A stretch of 64,000 nt of DNA, from IMG/VR virus record IMGVR_UViG_3300043446_000566, positions 1 to 64,000 of that record; one strand, given 5' to 3'. Below are positions 25,852 through 36,378 of the stretch, in pieces (the stretch's first letter is position 1; every line of letters begins with the position of its first letter). The notes under the pieces were generated by a model, which had not been told where the DNA came from, did no database searches, and saw only the letters and a list, made by a program, of their open reading frames with translations. A program made the translations under genes and the position numbers. This stretch comes from a virus.

Positions 25852-27438
25852 TTATTTAGTTATTTCACTACTGAATGCTTTGTTGATGTCATCAGCTTGT
25901 TGTTGTGGCTGTTGACTCGCTGAAGCATTTGTTTCTTTTGCTAGTGCTTGTTCTTGCGCTTGCTCTTCTGCAAGTTGTTCGTCCATCTTTTCAACATCTT
26001 CTTCATTGAGATGAAGAACATTCTTCTTGACCCATGCTTTAGAGAAGTATGTACCAATATATGGATCAATCAACTGCATCAGCTGCATTCTGCCTTGCAT
26101 CAATTCAGTGTCTTTGAGTTCGGCAAAATTATTATCTTTGAGGAAGTTGTAGTGAATCTTTTCCTTCATCTCATTCCATTCGTCAATAGAACAGATGCCC
26201 TTCAGCGCTAGCTGGCGTTGCATCAATTCATCGAATAGCAATGAGAATTTATCGCGCAGACGCTCGATAAACTTCATAAACTTCAGTTCATCGCGTGTGA
26301 TTTCTGTAGCGCGACCTAGCGTGAAAGTCTGTGCAGTTTCAAGTCTTGAAGATGGTACGTTCAACGACTTGTATAGCTTGCCTTCAAAATACTTGACATC
26401 TGCCATTTCACCAAGGTTTTGACCTGGTGGCAGAGTTGTGATCTCTGTTGACTTGCCTTCACCGCGACGTGGAATCCAGAAGTCTTCCATCATTGACATA
26501 AACTTGCGGTCATCTTGAACTTGACCTGTCGTCGAGTCATAGACAACTTTATTGCGGAACTTTGTCATGATGTCGCGAAGATACTGTTCAGCCTTCATCT
26601 TAGGCATGTTACCAACGTCGATATAGAACACGCGACGTTCTGGTGCACGAGAGATGCGATAGATGACGATAGCATCTTCCATCATTCGAAGCTGATTCAA
26701 TGGCTTGATAGCCTTATGAAGATGTGAAAGAACAAGTGATTTTCTTGCATCTAATAGACCAGAATTGATGTTTACAATCGCGTCAGGAGCAATCTTTACA
26801 CCAGTATCTGTAGGCGATGTTACAACAGACTGCCCCTGGACAGTCGCTTTCTCGTTGTACACATAGAATTCTTGAGTGCCGATAACAGCTTCAACGCCTG
26901 TGCGTGGATCTTTTTTCTTGATCACAGAACGCACTTTCTTGATCTTGCGTGGATCAAGATATACTAGTTCTTGAATGCCTAGCTTTGGCTGCTTTTCGTC
27001 GATCAGCACTTGATAGAATAGTCTTCCGTCAATGTACCATCTGCGAAAAACATCTTGACCATCGTTTGAAAAGTTCAAAAGTCTTAGAACTGTATTGAAC
27101 TCTTCGCGGATCATCTCTTTGATGTTATCTGGTTGTTCTAGATCATCGAGAATGAGCGTTACAGATTTACCTGCAACGTCGTGAACAATTGATTCGTTGA
27201 TGATATCGTCGATTGCAGTCTCAAGTTCAGGCTGCATTGCCATTTCACGATATCGAGTGATAAGGTCGTTCTCGTTCTTGAAATTAGATTCAAGATCAAG
27301 ATAAGTGCCGAAGTATCCGCCAGCTGTGACGTTGATTGCACCATCATCTTGTACAGGTGCAGTAATCGGTGACTGGACGGATTCTTCGTTCTTTTTAGCA
27401 CGAACAATCTCGAAGCCAAATAAATTAATATTAGCCAT
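25852..27438 (-). CDS. gp20: portal protein
   Basis: LFGFEI, FRRWYIDGR, YRISRAPERRVFYIDVGNMPK.KAEQYL, EDFWIPRR. Confidence 0.99.
   Translation of the reverse strand: MANINLFGFEIVRAKKNEESVQSPITAPVQDDGAINVTAGGYFGTYLDLESNFKNENDLITRYREMAMQPELETAIDDIINESIVHDVAGKSVTLILDDLEQPDNIKEMIREEFNTVLRLLNFSNDGQDVFRRWYIDGRLFYQVLIDEKQPKLGIQELVYLDPRKIKKVRSVIKKKDPRTGVEAVIGTQEFYVYNEKATVQGQSVVTSPTDTGVKIAPDAIVNINSGLLDARKSLVLSHLHKAIKPLNQLRMMEDAIVIYRISRAPERRVFYIDVGNMPKMKAEQYLRDIMTKFRNKVVYDSTTGQVQDDRKFMSMMEDFWIPRRGEGKSTEITTLPPGQNLGEMADVKYFEGKLYKSLNVPSSRLETAQTFTLGRATEITRDELKFMKFIERLRDKFSLLFDELMQRQLALKGICSIDEWNEMKEKIHYNFLKDNNFAELKDTELMQGRMQLMQLIDPYIGTYFSKAWVKKNVLHLNEEDVEKMDEQLAEEQAQEQALAKETNASASQQPQQQADDINKAFSSEITK
25853..25860 (-). 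promoter_or_regulatory. late promoter (ACTAAATA) for gp67
   Basis: Late motif overlapping the gp20 stop. Confidence 0.7.
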
Positions 27439-27468
27439 ACGTTATCTCCATAATAAAAGACGATTCAA

Positions 27469-28014
27469 TTAAAATACGCCTTCTGGAATTGCTTCCCACC
27501 ACTGATATGAGAACGTCACTGAGTATTCTTCGATAGAATCATTGTTGCCCCAATCTAGATCGATTGGCGCAACATCTGTAGGAAACAAACCGATAAATTT
27601 GTATGCCTTTAGAATCTTACCAGTTTTTCCATAATGCTTGACCGTAGCGTCTACACCGTAAGATGTAGGACCACCCGCAGCAGCGGCTCTTAGATTTCCG
27701 CGATGCGAGTTGATGTTATTCAGCCAGCGCTCGAATGCATTACGAACCGTGAAGTCTTCGTCGTTGATGATATTTACTGACCAATCAGAGAATGTTCTGT
27801 TGCCAGCAAACTTTACTTCGCGACCAAAATACTGCACAGGAACAACTCCTACCGTCGTGCCAGGCAGCTGCGCACTCTTGCATTGAAACTGCATTTTGCG
27901 CGAAGCGTTGCCTGGATTAGAGAACGATGGGAAATTCATTTCTACATCGAATAAGTTGGCGCGGGCGCCATCAAATTGCATTTGCGAACGAAATTCAGAT
28001 ACATTAAAAGCCAT
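27469..28014 (-). CDS. gp19: tail tube protein
   Basis: GARANLF.V, GREVKFAGNRTF.DW, FPT.V..IDLDW, IEEYSVTF.YQWW. Confidence 0.96.
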   Translation of the reverse strand: MAFNVSEFRSQMQFDGARANLFDVEMNFPSFSNPGNASRKMQFQCKSAQLPGTTVGVVPVQYFGREVKFAGNRTFSDWSVNIINDEDFTVRNAFERWLNNINSHRGNLRAAAAGGPTSYGVDATVKHYGKTGKILKAYKFIGLFPTDVAPIDLDWGNNDSIEEYSVTFSYQWWEAIPEGVF

Positions 28015-28040
28015 TGTATTCTCCTGACTTTACCTTATTC

Positions 28041-28048
28041 TATTTATT
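28041..28048 (-). promoter_or_regulatory. late promoter (AATAAATA) for gp19
   Basis: Late motif overlapping the gp18 stop. Confidence 0.65.
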
Positions 28049-29816
28049 AGAAGCGTCCAACGATCTCGTCGAAGGAAACACCGCTACGAACAGCGACAAA
28101 GTTCAACTGAATAAAGTTTACGCTTCTTGCTGGCTTGATGTAGATATCGCCAACGAACTGATTTGCATCAATTACTTGTGGCGTGTTGTTTGATTCATCG
28201 CAAACAACGCGGAAGTCATAGATACCACGGCGACCCTGAACATCTCTTAGGAATGGCTCTACTAGTGCTACGAACTGCGCTCTTGTGAATTCATCGTTGA
28301 ACTCGAAGAGACTTGAACGCGATGCACGAGAGATTACCTTTTCTAGAACAATGAACAGACGGCGCACATTGATTCGATCAAATGCGCTTGGGCGACCCTG
28401 TAGCGTCTTATCGCCGAAGAGAACAGTGCCTTCTCCTGGGAACGAGACAACTGGGTTCACACCAGCCTTGTAAAGTGTATCGCGCTCAGCCTGTGTTGGG
28501 TTGAACGATAGCTTCACAAGATTGCGAATCTGACCACGGTTTAGACCTGCTGGCGAGAACCATGGATCACGCTGAAGATCAGTGCGAACACATAGACCAG
28601 CAACGTCAGCATTCAGTGGCACCCAACGATATACGTCGTTGTACTTGTCGTACTGATACTTCCAACCGCTATCCATTACACCGTATGATGTATCTAGTAG
28701 ACCTGAGCCATTGCGGAACGAGGTTACGTCTGTTGACTTAGCTGAAGATGTTACTGAGTTTGCATATGGTGGCGAGATAAACGCGACCGTATCCTTACGA
28801 GCATCTGCAACTGTTAGCACTTCGTTGGCAATCGATGTATAGTTAGCTTCGGTGAAGCTAGCGTTTGCACTTACAAGCCCGTCGCCTGCAAACAATAGAG
28901 AAATGTCAAACTTTTCTTTGTTGTTGAACAGGTCAATTGCTGCTACTGCGTTGCCTACTGTTGGAACACCATCAGATCCATTGTAGAACGAGTATGTCGT
29001 TGAAGAGACAGTTGGCGAGTGAACTGGTGTGCCAGTTGCGTATGCAGCTGCAACTGTTTGACCCCATGCGTTTGCTGTGTTTGAACCCAGCGGATGACCC
29101 AGCCAGTGAATATACTTCGAATTACGGAATACAACTTCCTTGTAATAGATCGAAGAGCCATCATCGCCCTTAGCGTCCGAGCACTTCGAAAGGTTTGCAT
29201 AACGCTCTAGAACAGTGTTTGCTGTTCCTGTGAATAGACCGTCTTCGTCAACAACTACAAGGTGTAGTTCGTCTTTGAGGAACGAAGTATTACCAGTGAC
29301 TGTCGCTGCATAGAACGAAGTGTTTGGAGCAGCATCAAATGACGTTGCATATGCCCAGCTAGCGAACTCTGACTCAGAACCGCAAACAGAAACTTTCAGC
29401 GAATTGCCGATTGCACCAGGATATCTTGCTGCGAATCTTACGTTTGTGTTAGAAGTGCCGTAACGATTATTGAAGTAATCGTCGTCATTCGCAATAATAG
29501 CAGCGTGGCTAGTATTTGACGTTGCGTTGTTTGAACTTGTTGCTGTACCCACTGTATCGTTGATTACGCGGACGATGCGTAGATCATTTCCATACGACAG
29601 GAAGTTTGCAGCAGATAGGAACGAAACAGCTGAGTTTGTGTCAGGCTTTAGGAACTTTTCAGCAAGTCCTGTTTCGCTTGAAATCTGGATTACGCTATTT
29701 GCTGGACCCCAACGGAAGAATCCGACCGTTGCGCCAGTTGAAGTTCCTACAGCAGGAACAGATGTTGTTAGATCAATTTCAGAAGTGTTAACTCCTGGAG
29801 AAACTAAAAATGCCAT
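28047..29816 (-). CDS. gp18: tail sheath protein
   Basis: SPGV...EIDLT, F.WGP, WFSPAG.NRG, AFDRINVRRLF, KPARSVNFI.LNF. Confidence 0.98.
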   Translation of the reverse strand: MAFLVSPGVNTSEIDLTTSVPAVGTSTGATVGFFRWGPANSVIQISSETGLAEKFLKPDTNSAVSFLSAANFLSYGNDLRIVRVINDTVGTATSSNNATSNTSHAAIIANDDDYFNNRYGTSNTNVRFAARYPGAIGNSLKVSVCGSESEFASWAYATSFDAAPNTSFYAATVTGNTSFLKDELHLVVVDEDGLFTGTANTVLERYANLSKCSDAKGDDGSSIYYKEVVFRNSKYIHWLGHPLGSNTANAWGQTVAAAYATGTPVHSPTVSSTTYSFYNGSDGVPTVGNAVAAIDLFNNKEKFDISLLFAGDGLVSANASFTEANYTSIANEVLTVADARKDTVAFISPPYANSVTSSAKSTDVTSFRNGSGLLDTSYGVMDSGWKYQYDKYNDVYRWVPLNADVAGLCVRTDLQRDPWFSPAGLNRGQIRNLVKLSFNPTQAERDTLYKAGVNPVVSFPGEGTVLFGDKTLQGRPSAFDRINVRRLFIVLEKVISRASRSSLFEFNDEFTRAQFVALVEPFLRDVQGRRGIYDFRVVCDESNNTPQVIDANQFVGDIYIKPARSVNFIQLNFVAVRSGVSFDEIVGRF

Positions 29817-29857
29817 GGTTTTACTCCTGGTGAATGGAGAATAGAAATTCTACGCTT

Positions 29858-29865
29858 TATTTAGT
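29858..29865 (-). promoter_or_regulatory. late promoter (ACTAAATA) for gp18
   Basis: Late motif in the intergenic gap. Confidence 0.75.
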
Positions 29866-29877
29866 AATTCTAAGTTT

Positions 29878-31500
29878 TTAGCGTTCGACGGTCTTCCAGA
29901 ACACTCCATTTTCAACAAAACCCTCTGGAGCAGTCTCTTCATACGTCATTGGAACGGGTAGCGAGTCGTTTTCGATCTGTTCCATCTGCTGACGATATAG
30001 CTTTTCTTTCATATTCGTCGAACTGAGTTCGGTAAAGAATGACTGGTTTGTGAGCCATGAGAATAGAACTAGACACATGACCAGATCATCATGTGAGCCT
30101 TCTTCAGCTGCAAAGCTATTATTCTGTGATATGAACGTAGAAAGTTCTGCGATAGTGTCAAAGTCTTGAATGATCAGCTTCTGGTTTTCAATCAGATTCT
30201 TGAGAATCGAACAGCCCAGACGCTTTACAGATTTGGTAGTTCTTATACCACGATTAGACTTGGTTCCGTAGCCCCAAGTCGCAACAATTTTCTTCTGAAG
30301 TTCTACCGTCGAGATAATATTTTCATAGTCATAATCATCGAACAGACTGTCTACGACCTGCTGGCCGTTGTCGTTGATCTCTACTAGGATAAAAGCGCTG
30401 TTATAATAATCGCCCATCTTCTTCAGAATTGTCGGATACAACAGCGGACTGATATTATTGTCTTTATAAGTCGCAACGACTTTATAAGGAATCTCAGTCG
30501 TGTTGATCACTGTAAAGGCTGAATAGTCTAACCCCTTACCGCGTGAAGTATCTACTGAGATCACATAGTTGTGATTGGCCTTAGGCAGTTCAAAGATCTT
30601 GATGCCTGTTTCAGACAAGTGAATCGGTGCGATAAACGCAAGCGACTTGAGCGCATATGCTGAAATGAGAGTTCCAGCAGAGCCCATGAACTCGCATTCC
30701 ATTTCCTGAAGAAATTTCTCTTCACCAAGAACAGATTTCTGATCATCTGCCCATTTCTGATCACGCCCTGGAACTTGTCTCCAGTTTGCCTCAATATGCA
30801 GAAAGCCGTTCTTTTGCTCAGTAGCTTCAGTCCACATCCTGTAGAAGTGATTCATGCCATTTGGCGTAGAAGAAATCAAAATCTTTGACGTTGTACCAGA
30901 AGAAATTGTAGGATATACCGATGTGAAGAACTCATCTGCGATGTTACTTGGCACGAATGCAAACTCGTCGAGATATAGAAGCGAGATCGAGAAGCCACGA
31001 ATCGCGCTTGAAGCAGTAGAAGTAGCCATCACACGGCAGTTGTTTTCTAGTTCAATGTCGCCTTTGTTCCATGTCTTGACGCCTTGCTGAAGCCATAAAG
31101 GCAACGCTTCATATGCAATTTTGACTCTTGAAAGAATTTCACGAGCAGTAGAAGCCTTGTTCGCGAGAATGGCGACAAACTTTTCTTCGTTGAATAGAAT
31201 ATACCAGAGGATATATCCAACGACCATCGTTGTTTTGCCGACCTGACGACCAGCTTTTACAATGATCTTTCTGTTTGAATTGATATCTTCAATAGCCGTT
31301 TTCTGAAACGGATAGAGATTGATTGTGACAAAGCCTTTGTCTAGCGAGATGATCTTGACATAGTTTTCAATAAAGTAGACTGGATCACTTGCGCACTTGA
31401 CATATTCTTGAACTTCATCAGCAGTCATCTGATGAACAACACCAACTCGTTTTAGGTGTGCATTACCGAGATAGTTTCTAACTTTCGGAATTAGATTCAT
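29878..31500 (-). CDS. gp17: terminase large subunit
   Basis: RQVGKTT, LYLDEFAF, SSTPNG.NHF, VDTSRG.G.DYS and HDDLVM motifs. Confidence 0.98.
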   Translation of the reverse strand: MNLIPKVRNYLGNAHLKRVGVVHQMTADEVQEYVKCASDPVYFIENYVKIISLDKGFVTINLYPFQKTAIEDINSNRKIIVKAGRQVGKTTMVVGYILWYILFNEEKFVAILANKASTAREILSRVKIAYEALPLWLQQGVKTWNKGDIELENNCRVMATSTASSAIRGFSISLLYLDEFAFVPSNIADEFFTSVYPTISSGTTSKILISSTPNGMNHFYRMWTEATEQKNGFLHIEANWRQVPGRDQKWADDQKSVLGEEKFLQEMECEFMGSAGTLISAYALKSLAFIAPIHLSETGIKIFELPKANHNYVISVDTSRGKGLDYSAFTVINTTEIPYKVVATYKDNNISPLLYPTILKKMGDYYNSAFILVEINDNGQQVVDSLFDDYDYENIISTVELQKKIVATWGYGTKSNRGIRTTKSVKRLGCSILKNLIENQKLIIQDFDTIAELSTFISQNNSFAAEEGSHDDLVMCLVLFSWLTNQSFFTELSSTNMKEKLYRQQMEQIENDSLPVPMTYEETAPEGFVENGVFWKTVER

Positions 31501-31891
31501 GCTTCACCTTTTTCAATAAGTCAGCAGTCGAGCCGACAAAAACAGCCTTGTCAATCACTACATTCGTAGGCTTTTCTTCTGCTTCTAGATCTCTGCGTTG
31601 CTTCTGGAGCACCATGAGTTTCTCAGTGACTTCAGACATGTTTTTGATTAGAGTCGCTGCGACTTCATACGCACGAGGATGCTGCGATTCTCTTGCTACG
31701 TTGAGAATGCCATCAATAGCCTCGTTACCACGTTCGATTAGCCCGTAGTATGTTGAACGTGAAAAATCTGCGTCTACAACTTTAGAAGACTCTTGTTCTT
31801 CTTGATAGACGGTGACAGGTTTGTTTTCTTGCACAGCAGGAATAAAATCTGTATTCAAAAGTTCACTTAGTTTATTATCTGTACTGCTCAT
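31478..31891 (-). CDS. gp16: terminase small subunit
   Basis: A.ESQHPRAYEV...LIK, FVGSTADL. Confidence 0.95.
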   Translation of the reverse strand: MSSTDNKLSELLNTDFIPAVQENKPVTVYQEEQESSKVVDADFSRSTYYGLIERGNEAIDGILNVARESQHPRAYEVAATLIKNMSEVTEKLMVLQKQRRDLEAEEKPTNVVIDKAVFVGSTADLLKKVKHESNSES

Positions 31892-32889
31892 GTTATATTA
31901 GGATATTCCTCAAGTGTTTCAGAGAATCCAAACGCTGTGTCAATATTCGCTGTAGAAGGGCTTGGTACAACAGTCAGATTTGTCAACTTGTTATCGTTGA
32001 GATCAAACGATGATATTGTATAAGCTGTGTTAGTCACTGCGCCTCGCAGTGAGGTATTTACTACTAATAGACCAGAAAGATCTGTCAGAATCAAATTATT
32101 TGAAACTGGATCCCATGCTTTCACATAGCCAGCTGCGTTTGCTGCTGATGCTGTTCTGCCTTCGTACACAAGTTCGCCGACTTTATAGTTGCCTGATCCA
32201 GATGTCAGAACGACTTTTCTTTCGCCTGTATCGTTCCAGGTATTGTTATATGTATTAGCCTGAACAGTGCGAATTAGTTTGTTCTCTGTGATAGGACCAT
32301 AGAGCATAGCTTTCGCAGAGAATGTGAGTGTCCATACAAGTGTGCGCATCGAATCTTCTTCACCGACATCGTTCGAGATATCGTATGAGATGTTCTCTAG
32401 CACAATAGGCACATCGATTTTTAGATTAGACTTGCCAACAAGATCAAGCGTCACTGTATAGTCTGGGCTGAAGTATGGCAGAATCTGTTCAATGATCTGC
32501 GATCCATCTTCTGTATTTCGAACGTAGATGTTCAGCGTGATGCCAAAATTATATGGCGCGACTTTGACTGCGTTGATAAGAGTATTAGTGTCTTTCGCAA
32601 ACTGCGTGTTGAACATGCTTGTTTTGCGCAGAGGATCATATGTGATTGAGTTGATCTCAAACGACATTCTAGGCAATTGAATCTGGACTTCTTTGTTCAG
32701 ACTAGGATCGCCAGTAATACGAGAATAGAATTTTTCTTTCGATGAATACGCAAGCGGCACAGTCACGCGCTCGATTTCAACAGTGCCTGCTTTATTGTAT
32801 TTGTACAACTTGATGTCGTTGAACAGAGTTCCAAACGCAACAACTAGTTTGCGCGTGATACGATGGTAAAAGTGTGCTTGTGATAACAT
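31888..32889 (-). CDS. gp15: tail sheath stabilizer / terminator
   Basis: FYH...RK.VVAFGTLFNDI, VPLAY..KEKF, LPRMSFE, QIIEQILPYF.P. Confidence 0.95.
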   Translation of the reverse strand: MLSQAHFYHRITRKLVVAFGTLFNDIKLYKYNKAGTVEIERVTVPLAYSSKEKFYSRITGDPSLNKEVQIQLPRMSFEINSITYDPLRKTSMFNTQFAKDTNTLINAVKVAPYNFGITLNIYVRNTEDGSQIIEQILPYFSPDYTVTLDLVGKSNLKIDVPIVLENISYDISNDVGEEDSMRTLVWTLTFSAKAMLYGPITENKLIRTVQANTYNNTWNDTGERKVVLTSGSGNYKVGELVYEGRTASAANAAGYVKAWDPVSNNLILTDLSGLLVVNTSLRGAVTNTAYTISSFDLNDNKLTNLTVVPSPSTANIDTAFGFSETLEEYPNIT

Positions 32890-32891
32890 TC

Positions 32892-33791
32892 TTATGGCTC
32901 ACCGAATGGATTATGTTCTGTCCAGTCAAGAATATTATCTGCTTCATTTTCAATACGCACATTATCTTCTTGTGCGTCGTTAGCATTTTCCATATCATCG
33001 CTGCTGCTTACTGTCCATGTTCCTGCAGGACCAACGATAGCTGTAGCAGCTGCAAACTCGCCTTTGATGTTCTTGATCTTGAGAATTCTTGTAGTCACAT
33101 CCCAATCAACGACATAACCCTTTGCTGTAGCAGCATTGAGTGATGCGCCTTGATAGACGATATCGCCGTTTCTGAATGTACCAGTGCCGCCAGCAGATAG
33201 CGTATAGTTGATTGCAAATGCTCTTGTATCGCCAATCGAATCAATGTCGTTGTAACCAGTGTTGATGAACTCGCCGTTGTACTTGAACAATTCGAGTGAC
33301 AGCCCGTACATGTATGCGTTCTTAGCAGCTTCGATGCCGACTCTGTTGCCGCCAGTTCTGCCCAGCTGGAAGAAGTTCTTTTCTTGCTCTACGAACTTGA
33401 GTTCCATTAGTTTCTGCTGCGTTGGCAGATACACTAGATCGCCTTCTTTTGGCACATTGCGCGTAGGAACCACTGAGGTCACATACTTTTCAAACGTCTT
33501 TCGAGCAACGCTCATCTTGACGCCCTTTGAAATTTCTAGACCAAACTTCGAGAAGAATTCTTCGTTGCCTTCAAAGTCATTTGTTGATTCAAGATACATG
33601 TCGATCTTGATTGCTTGCGTGAACGACTTGACAGGATCATCGCCATAGATTTCATCTAGCGACGATTGCGAGTCACGAGGGATGTAGAACACATCAATGC
33701 CGTGATTTCGAATCGCTTCGTTGATCAGATCCTCGACGAGAAACTGTTCACGCGACGCGCCTTGATTGTTGAAATAGACCGACGTTGCCAT
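32892..33791 (-). CDS. gp14: neck protein
   Basis: EQ.LVEDL..E.I...G.DV.YIPR, FSKFGL, P.EGDLVY.P, FVE.E..FFQLG, NPFG. Confidence 0.95.
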   Translation of the reverse strand: MATSVYFNNQGASREQFLVEDLINEAIRNHGIDVFYIPRDSQSSLDEIYGDDPVKSFTQAIKIDMYLESTNDFEGNEEFFSKFGLEISKGVKMSVARKTFEKYVTSVVPTRNVPKEGDLVYLPTQQKLMELKFVEQEKNFFQLGRTGGNRVGIEAAKNAYMYGLSLELFKYNGEFINTGYNDIDSIGDTRAFAINYTLSAGGTGTFRNGDIVYQGASLNAATAKGYVVDWDVTTRILKIKNIKGEFAAATAIVGPAGTWTVSSSDDMENANDAQEDNVRIENEADNILDWTEHNPFGEP

Positions 33792-33797
33792 CTTCTA

Positions 33798-34562
33798 TCA
33801 TCCTGCCATGATTGCAAAAGGTGGCTCTTCGTATGCGTCAATCAGCTTCTCTTCAAGTCTACCAACTTCAACAACTGCTTCATCAAAGATCGTTTGACCA
33901 TTGATCACAATGCCACCAGGAAGAATGTAGTTGCCGTATTTCTTTAGGTTCTCGCCCCACTGACGCTTAAACAGCTGAGTCGTGTACTCTTTGAGCCATG
34001 TGTCGTTGTAAATCTTTGTATAAGTGTCTGGATCTACAACGCGCTTGCATTCAATGACAATATAGCTGCCAGGATCTAGTTTACCGTTCCAGTCCATATG
34101 AATATTCAGACGGTTGACTTTCTTATTGAAGTCAAATGGCACTTCGCCAGTGACAATCATATCAAGCATAGCCAGATGCTGACGCGCAATATAGTAGTAG
34201 GTATAAGAAGAAGATGTCAGATTGTAGAAGTCGTTCAGACGCAACTGATAGTTGATGTCGAACATATTGAAGCCAGCAGAAGACGATGAAGATGCTTGCG
34301 CTGAAGTCAACGGGAATACTTTTGTCACTCCAATAATGCTTGAAGCAAGAGTGATATAGTTGTTTGAAATGTCACCAGCAGTCACTGCTGTGGCTAGATA
34401 TTCGTTCTCTGTGCCGTCAAAGTGATAGTCTCTGTATAGCTGAAGCGCATCATCGATTCGATCTTCTAGCTGATCGTCATCGACGTTGATATCAACTACT
34501 GGAAAGCCCAGTTTGCGGAGGCAGTAGTCTTTTAGTTCTGAGCGAGATGTTGGTTGTGCCAT
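33798..34562 (-). CDS. gp13: neck protein
   Basis: LKDYCLRKLG.PV.DINVDDDQ.EDRIDDA, WLKEY....FKRQWG.NL.K. Confidence 0.96.
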   Translation of the reverse strand: MAQPTSRSELKDYCLRKLGFPVVDINVDDDQLEDRIDDALQLYRDYHFDGTENEYLATAVTAGDISNNYITLASSIIGVTKVFPLTSAQASSSSSAGFNMFDINYQLRLNDFYNLTSSSYTYYYIARQHLAMLDMIVTGEVPFDFNKKVNRLNIHMDWNGKLDPGSYIVIECKRVVDPDTYTKIYNDTWLKEYTTQLFKRQWGENLKKYGNYILPGGIVINGQTIFDEAVVEVGRLEEKLIDAYEEPPFAIMAG

Positions 34563-34586
34563 TTGAAAACTCTCTAAAGTGACAAT

Positions 34587-35261
34587 TTATTTAGCTAGTT
34601 CATAATCTTCAGCATAATAATCTCGGACTTTAGCCTCAAGATCAGATGTAATGATCGCCGTCAGTTTGCGGCTTTCGTTGATCCTAGGGATCTGAATGTC
34701 TGCTGGAGCACCAAATTCAATCGCAACAGTCTTCAGACTGCTTTCAAAATTCGTGAAAGGCAAAATAACCAGCTTCTCTGCGGGTATGTGTCTGTACCAG
34801 AAAGCCTGCTGTCTAAGCACAAGGTTATTAGTCTTCAGTGTATGATCTTCAAAAATCTGTTCTGGTGTGATGTTTGCCGCAAAACTCAGACAGTCTTGGA
34901 TCACGTTATCTGGAATTTCTGGCAATATTGTTTCTGGAGAGCCGTCTGAATAAGCTGACAAGTCTATGCCTGTGAACCAGTTTGGCTTGAACTTGATGAG
35001 AAACTTGATGTAGTTTGGGCTTCGAAAGTGATTCGCACCAGAGATGAATCGCTCGACTGGATCTCTCCAGAAGACGTAGTATTTCTCAATCACAGACGGA
35101 TCAAAGTTATCAATTTTTCGAGAGCATTGATACAGCATTCTGCCATAATCGGCATGCTCTTCAAGAAATATGCTATACGGAGCAAGCACATTTTTTGTCG
35201 TTCGAGTTCCTGTTTTTGTAGGACACACGAACACAAGTTTATGATCTTTAGAGATAATCAT
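34587..35261 (-). CDS. sulfotransferase family protein (Sulfotransfer_2-like), copy A
   Basis: MIIS..HKLVFV.PTKTGT (5'-PSB loop), RDPVERFIS (3'-PB), C-terminal YAEDY; ATG overlaps the upstream stop (ATGA). Confidence 0.8.
   Translation of the reverse strand: MIISKDHKLVFVCPTKTGTRTTKNVLAPYSIFLEEHADYGRMLYQCSRKIDNFDPSVIEKYYVFWRDPVERFISGANHFRSPNYIKFLIKFKPNWFTGIDLSAYSDGSPETILPEIPDNVIQDCLSFAANITPEQIFEDHTLKTNNLVLRQQAFWYRHIPAEKLVILPFTNFESSLKTVAIEFGAPADIQIPRINESRKLTAIITSDLEAKVRDYYAEDYELAK
34588..34595 (-). promoter_or_regulatory. late promoter (GCTAAATA) for gp13
   Basis: Late motif overlapping the sulfotransferase stop. Confidence 0.7.
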
Positions 35262-35776
35262 GAGAACTTCATATATTGATATCCGCTGGATGGAAGACCG
35301 ATCAGACCGCTCCAAGTCCAATATGCGTAACCGCCGCTATAAGAATATGTCGCTGCTGAAGCATTGTATGTGCTTCCAGTCTGTCTTTTGATCGATGTGA
35401 AATATCCAGTCGCACCAGGGCTTGACGAAAAGCCTGATATGCTAAGTTGAAAATTGTTGGTACCACCTGCTACAGAATCGTAGATGTAGTACAGAGTCTT
35501 GCCGTCTGGAAACGTCGTTTGACCTAATGCGCCAAAGTTGCTTTGTGAATATCCATACAGCTGAAGATATGCCGTTCCATAAGTGGTATAATACGCTTGA
35601 TATCCGCAATCAATTCTGAATGATCCGCGAAGATCATTCATAGAGATTTGACCCGTAGAAATCCCTGCTAGGTTTCTGGGACCACTATCGTTTAGACCGA
35701 TAGATGCTGTCCCAGAAAGACCTAGTTCAAGATTTACTCTGTTTAGATCTGCGCTACCAGTTATTGATAACGGCAT
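35258..35776 (-). CDS. putative fibre-tip adhesin (gp38-like arrangement), copy A
   Basis: N-terminal V..ELG.S....I.LND...R.LAG..TGQISM.DLRG anchor-type motif followed by a G/S/T/Y-rich domain. Confidence 0.6.
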   Translation of the reverse strand: MPLSITGSADLNRVNLELGLSGTASIGLNDSGPRNLAGISTGQISMNDLRGSFRIDCGYQAYYTTYGTAYLQLYGYSQSNFGALGQTTFPDGKTLYYIYDSVAGGTNNFQLSISGFSSSPGATGYFTSIKRQTGSTYNASAATYSYSGGYAYWTWSGLIGLPSSGYQYMKFS

Positions 35777-35782
35777 TGCTTT

Positions 35783-35986
35783 TTACTGCTGCTGAGGTGA
35801 TCCGATCTGAGCCTGTGCTTGACCGAAGACTTTCTTCAACACAGGATCTGCGACTCTGTGTGGAAGTTCCTGAAGCGCACCAAGAATAACATTCAATTCA
35901 TTGATTGTCACTTCAAGTTTCACACCTTGCTCAGCTGGTGACTGAGGCTGTGCTAGCTTATCTAATTGTTCATTTGCCATATTCAT
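35783..35986 (-). CDS. small fibre-associated hypothetical protein
   Basis: LEVTINELNVILGALQELPHRV..P; lies within the fibre cassette. Confidence 0.7.
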   Translation of the reverse strand: MNMANEQLDKLAQPQSPAEQGVKLEVTINELNVILGALQELPHRVADPVLKKVFGQAQAQIGSPQQQ

Positions 35987-35994
35987 AATCTCCA

Positions 35995-36369
35995 TCAAAC
36001 AGGTGGTGTTGTATTTGCTGTATTGGCTGTGTTAGCCCAAGGTAGAGAGTTTGAATCCACTTCAATGATTGGATTCTTCTTCCCATCGATTTGCTTTTGA
36101 ATCTGTTCGTCGATGTGTTGTTTGTATCCACCAACGACAATAGCTTTGATCCATGAAAGAACAGCGTCTTCAGTCAGTTCTTCATAAGTCACAAATCCAT
36201 CTCCGTTCACATCTTCAGCCCTAAACGGTGTTGCGCCATGAAACGTGCCAGAGTTGCCGTCTGCGTCAGTTCCAGTGCATTCCCATTGTGTGCCTACGAT
36301 GAGGTCTGAGTATTGATTCGTGCTAGTCTTTTTGAGACTCTTTAGCTTCCAAGTATAAGTCAATGACAT
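35995..36369 (-). CDS. fibre-associated hypothetical protein (possible assembly chaperone)
   Basis: TYTWK...W.C.GTD..G.SG.F.G..PF....F..YEELTE..VL.WI...LPW. Confidence 0.75.
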   Translation of the reverse strand: MSLTYTWKLKSLKKTSTNQYSDLIVGTQWECTGTDADGNSGTFHGATPFRAEDVNGDGFVTYEELTEDAVLSWIKAIVVGGYKQHIDEQIQKQIDGKKNPIIEVDSNSLPWANTANTANTTPPV

Positions 36370-36378
36370 TGTATGTCC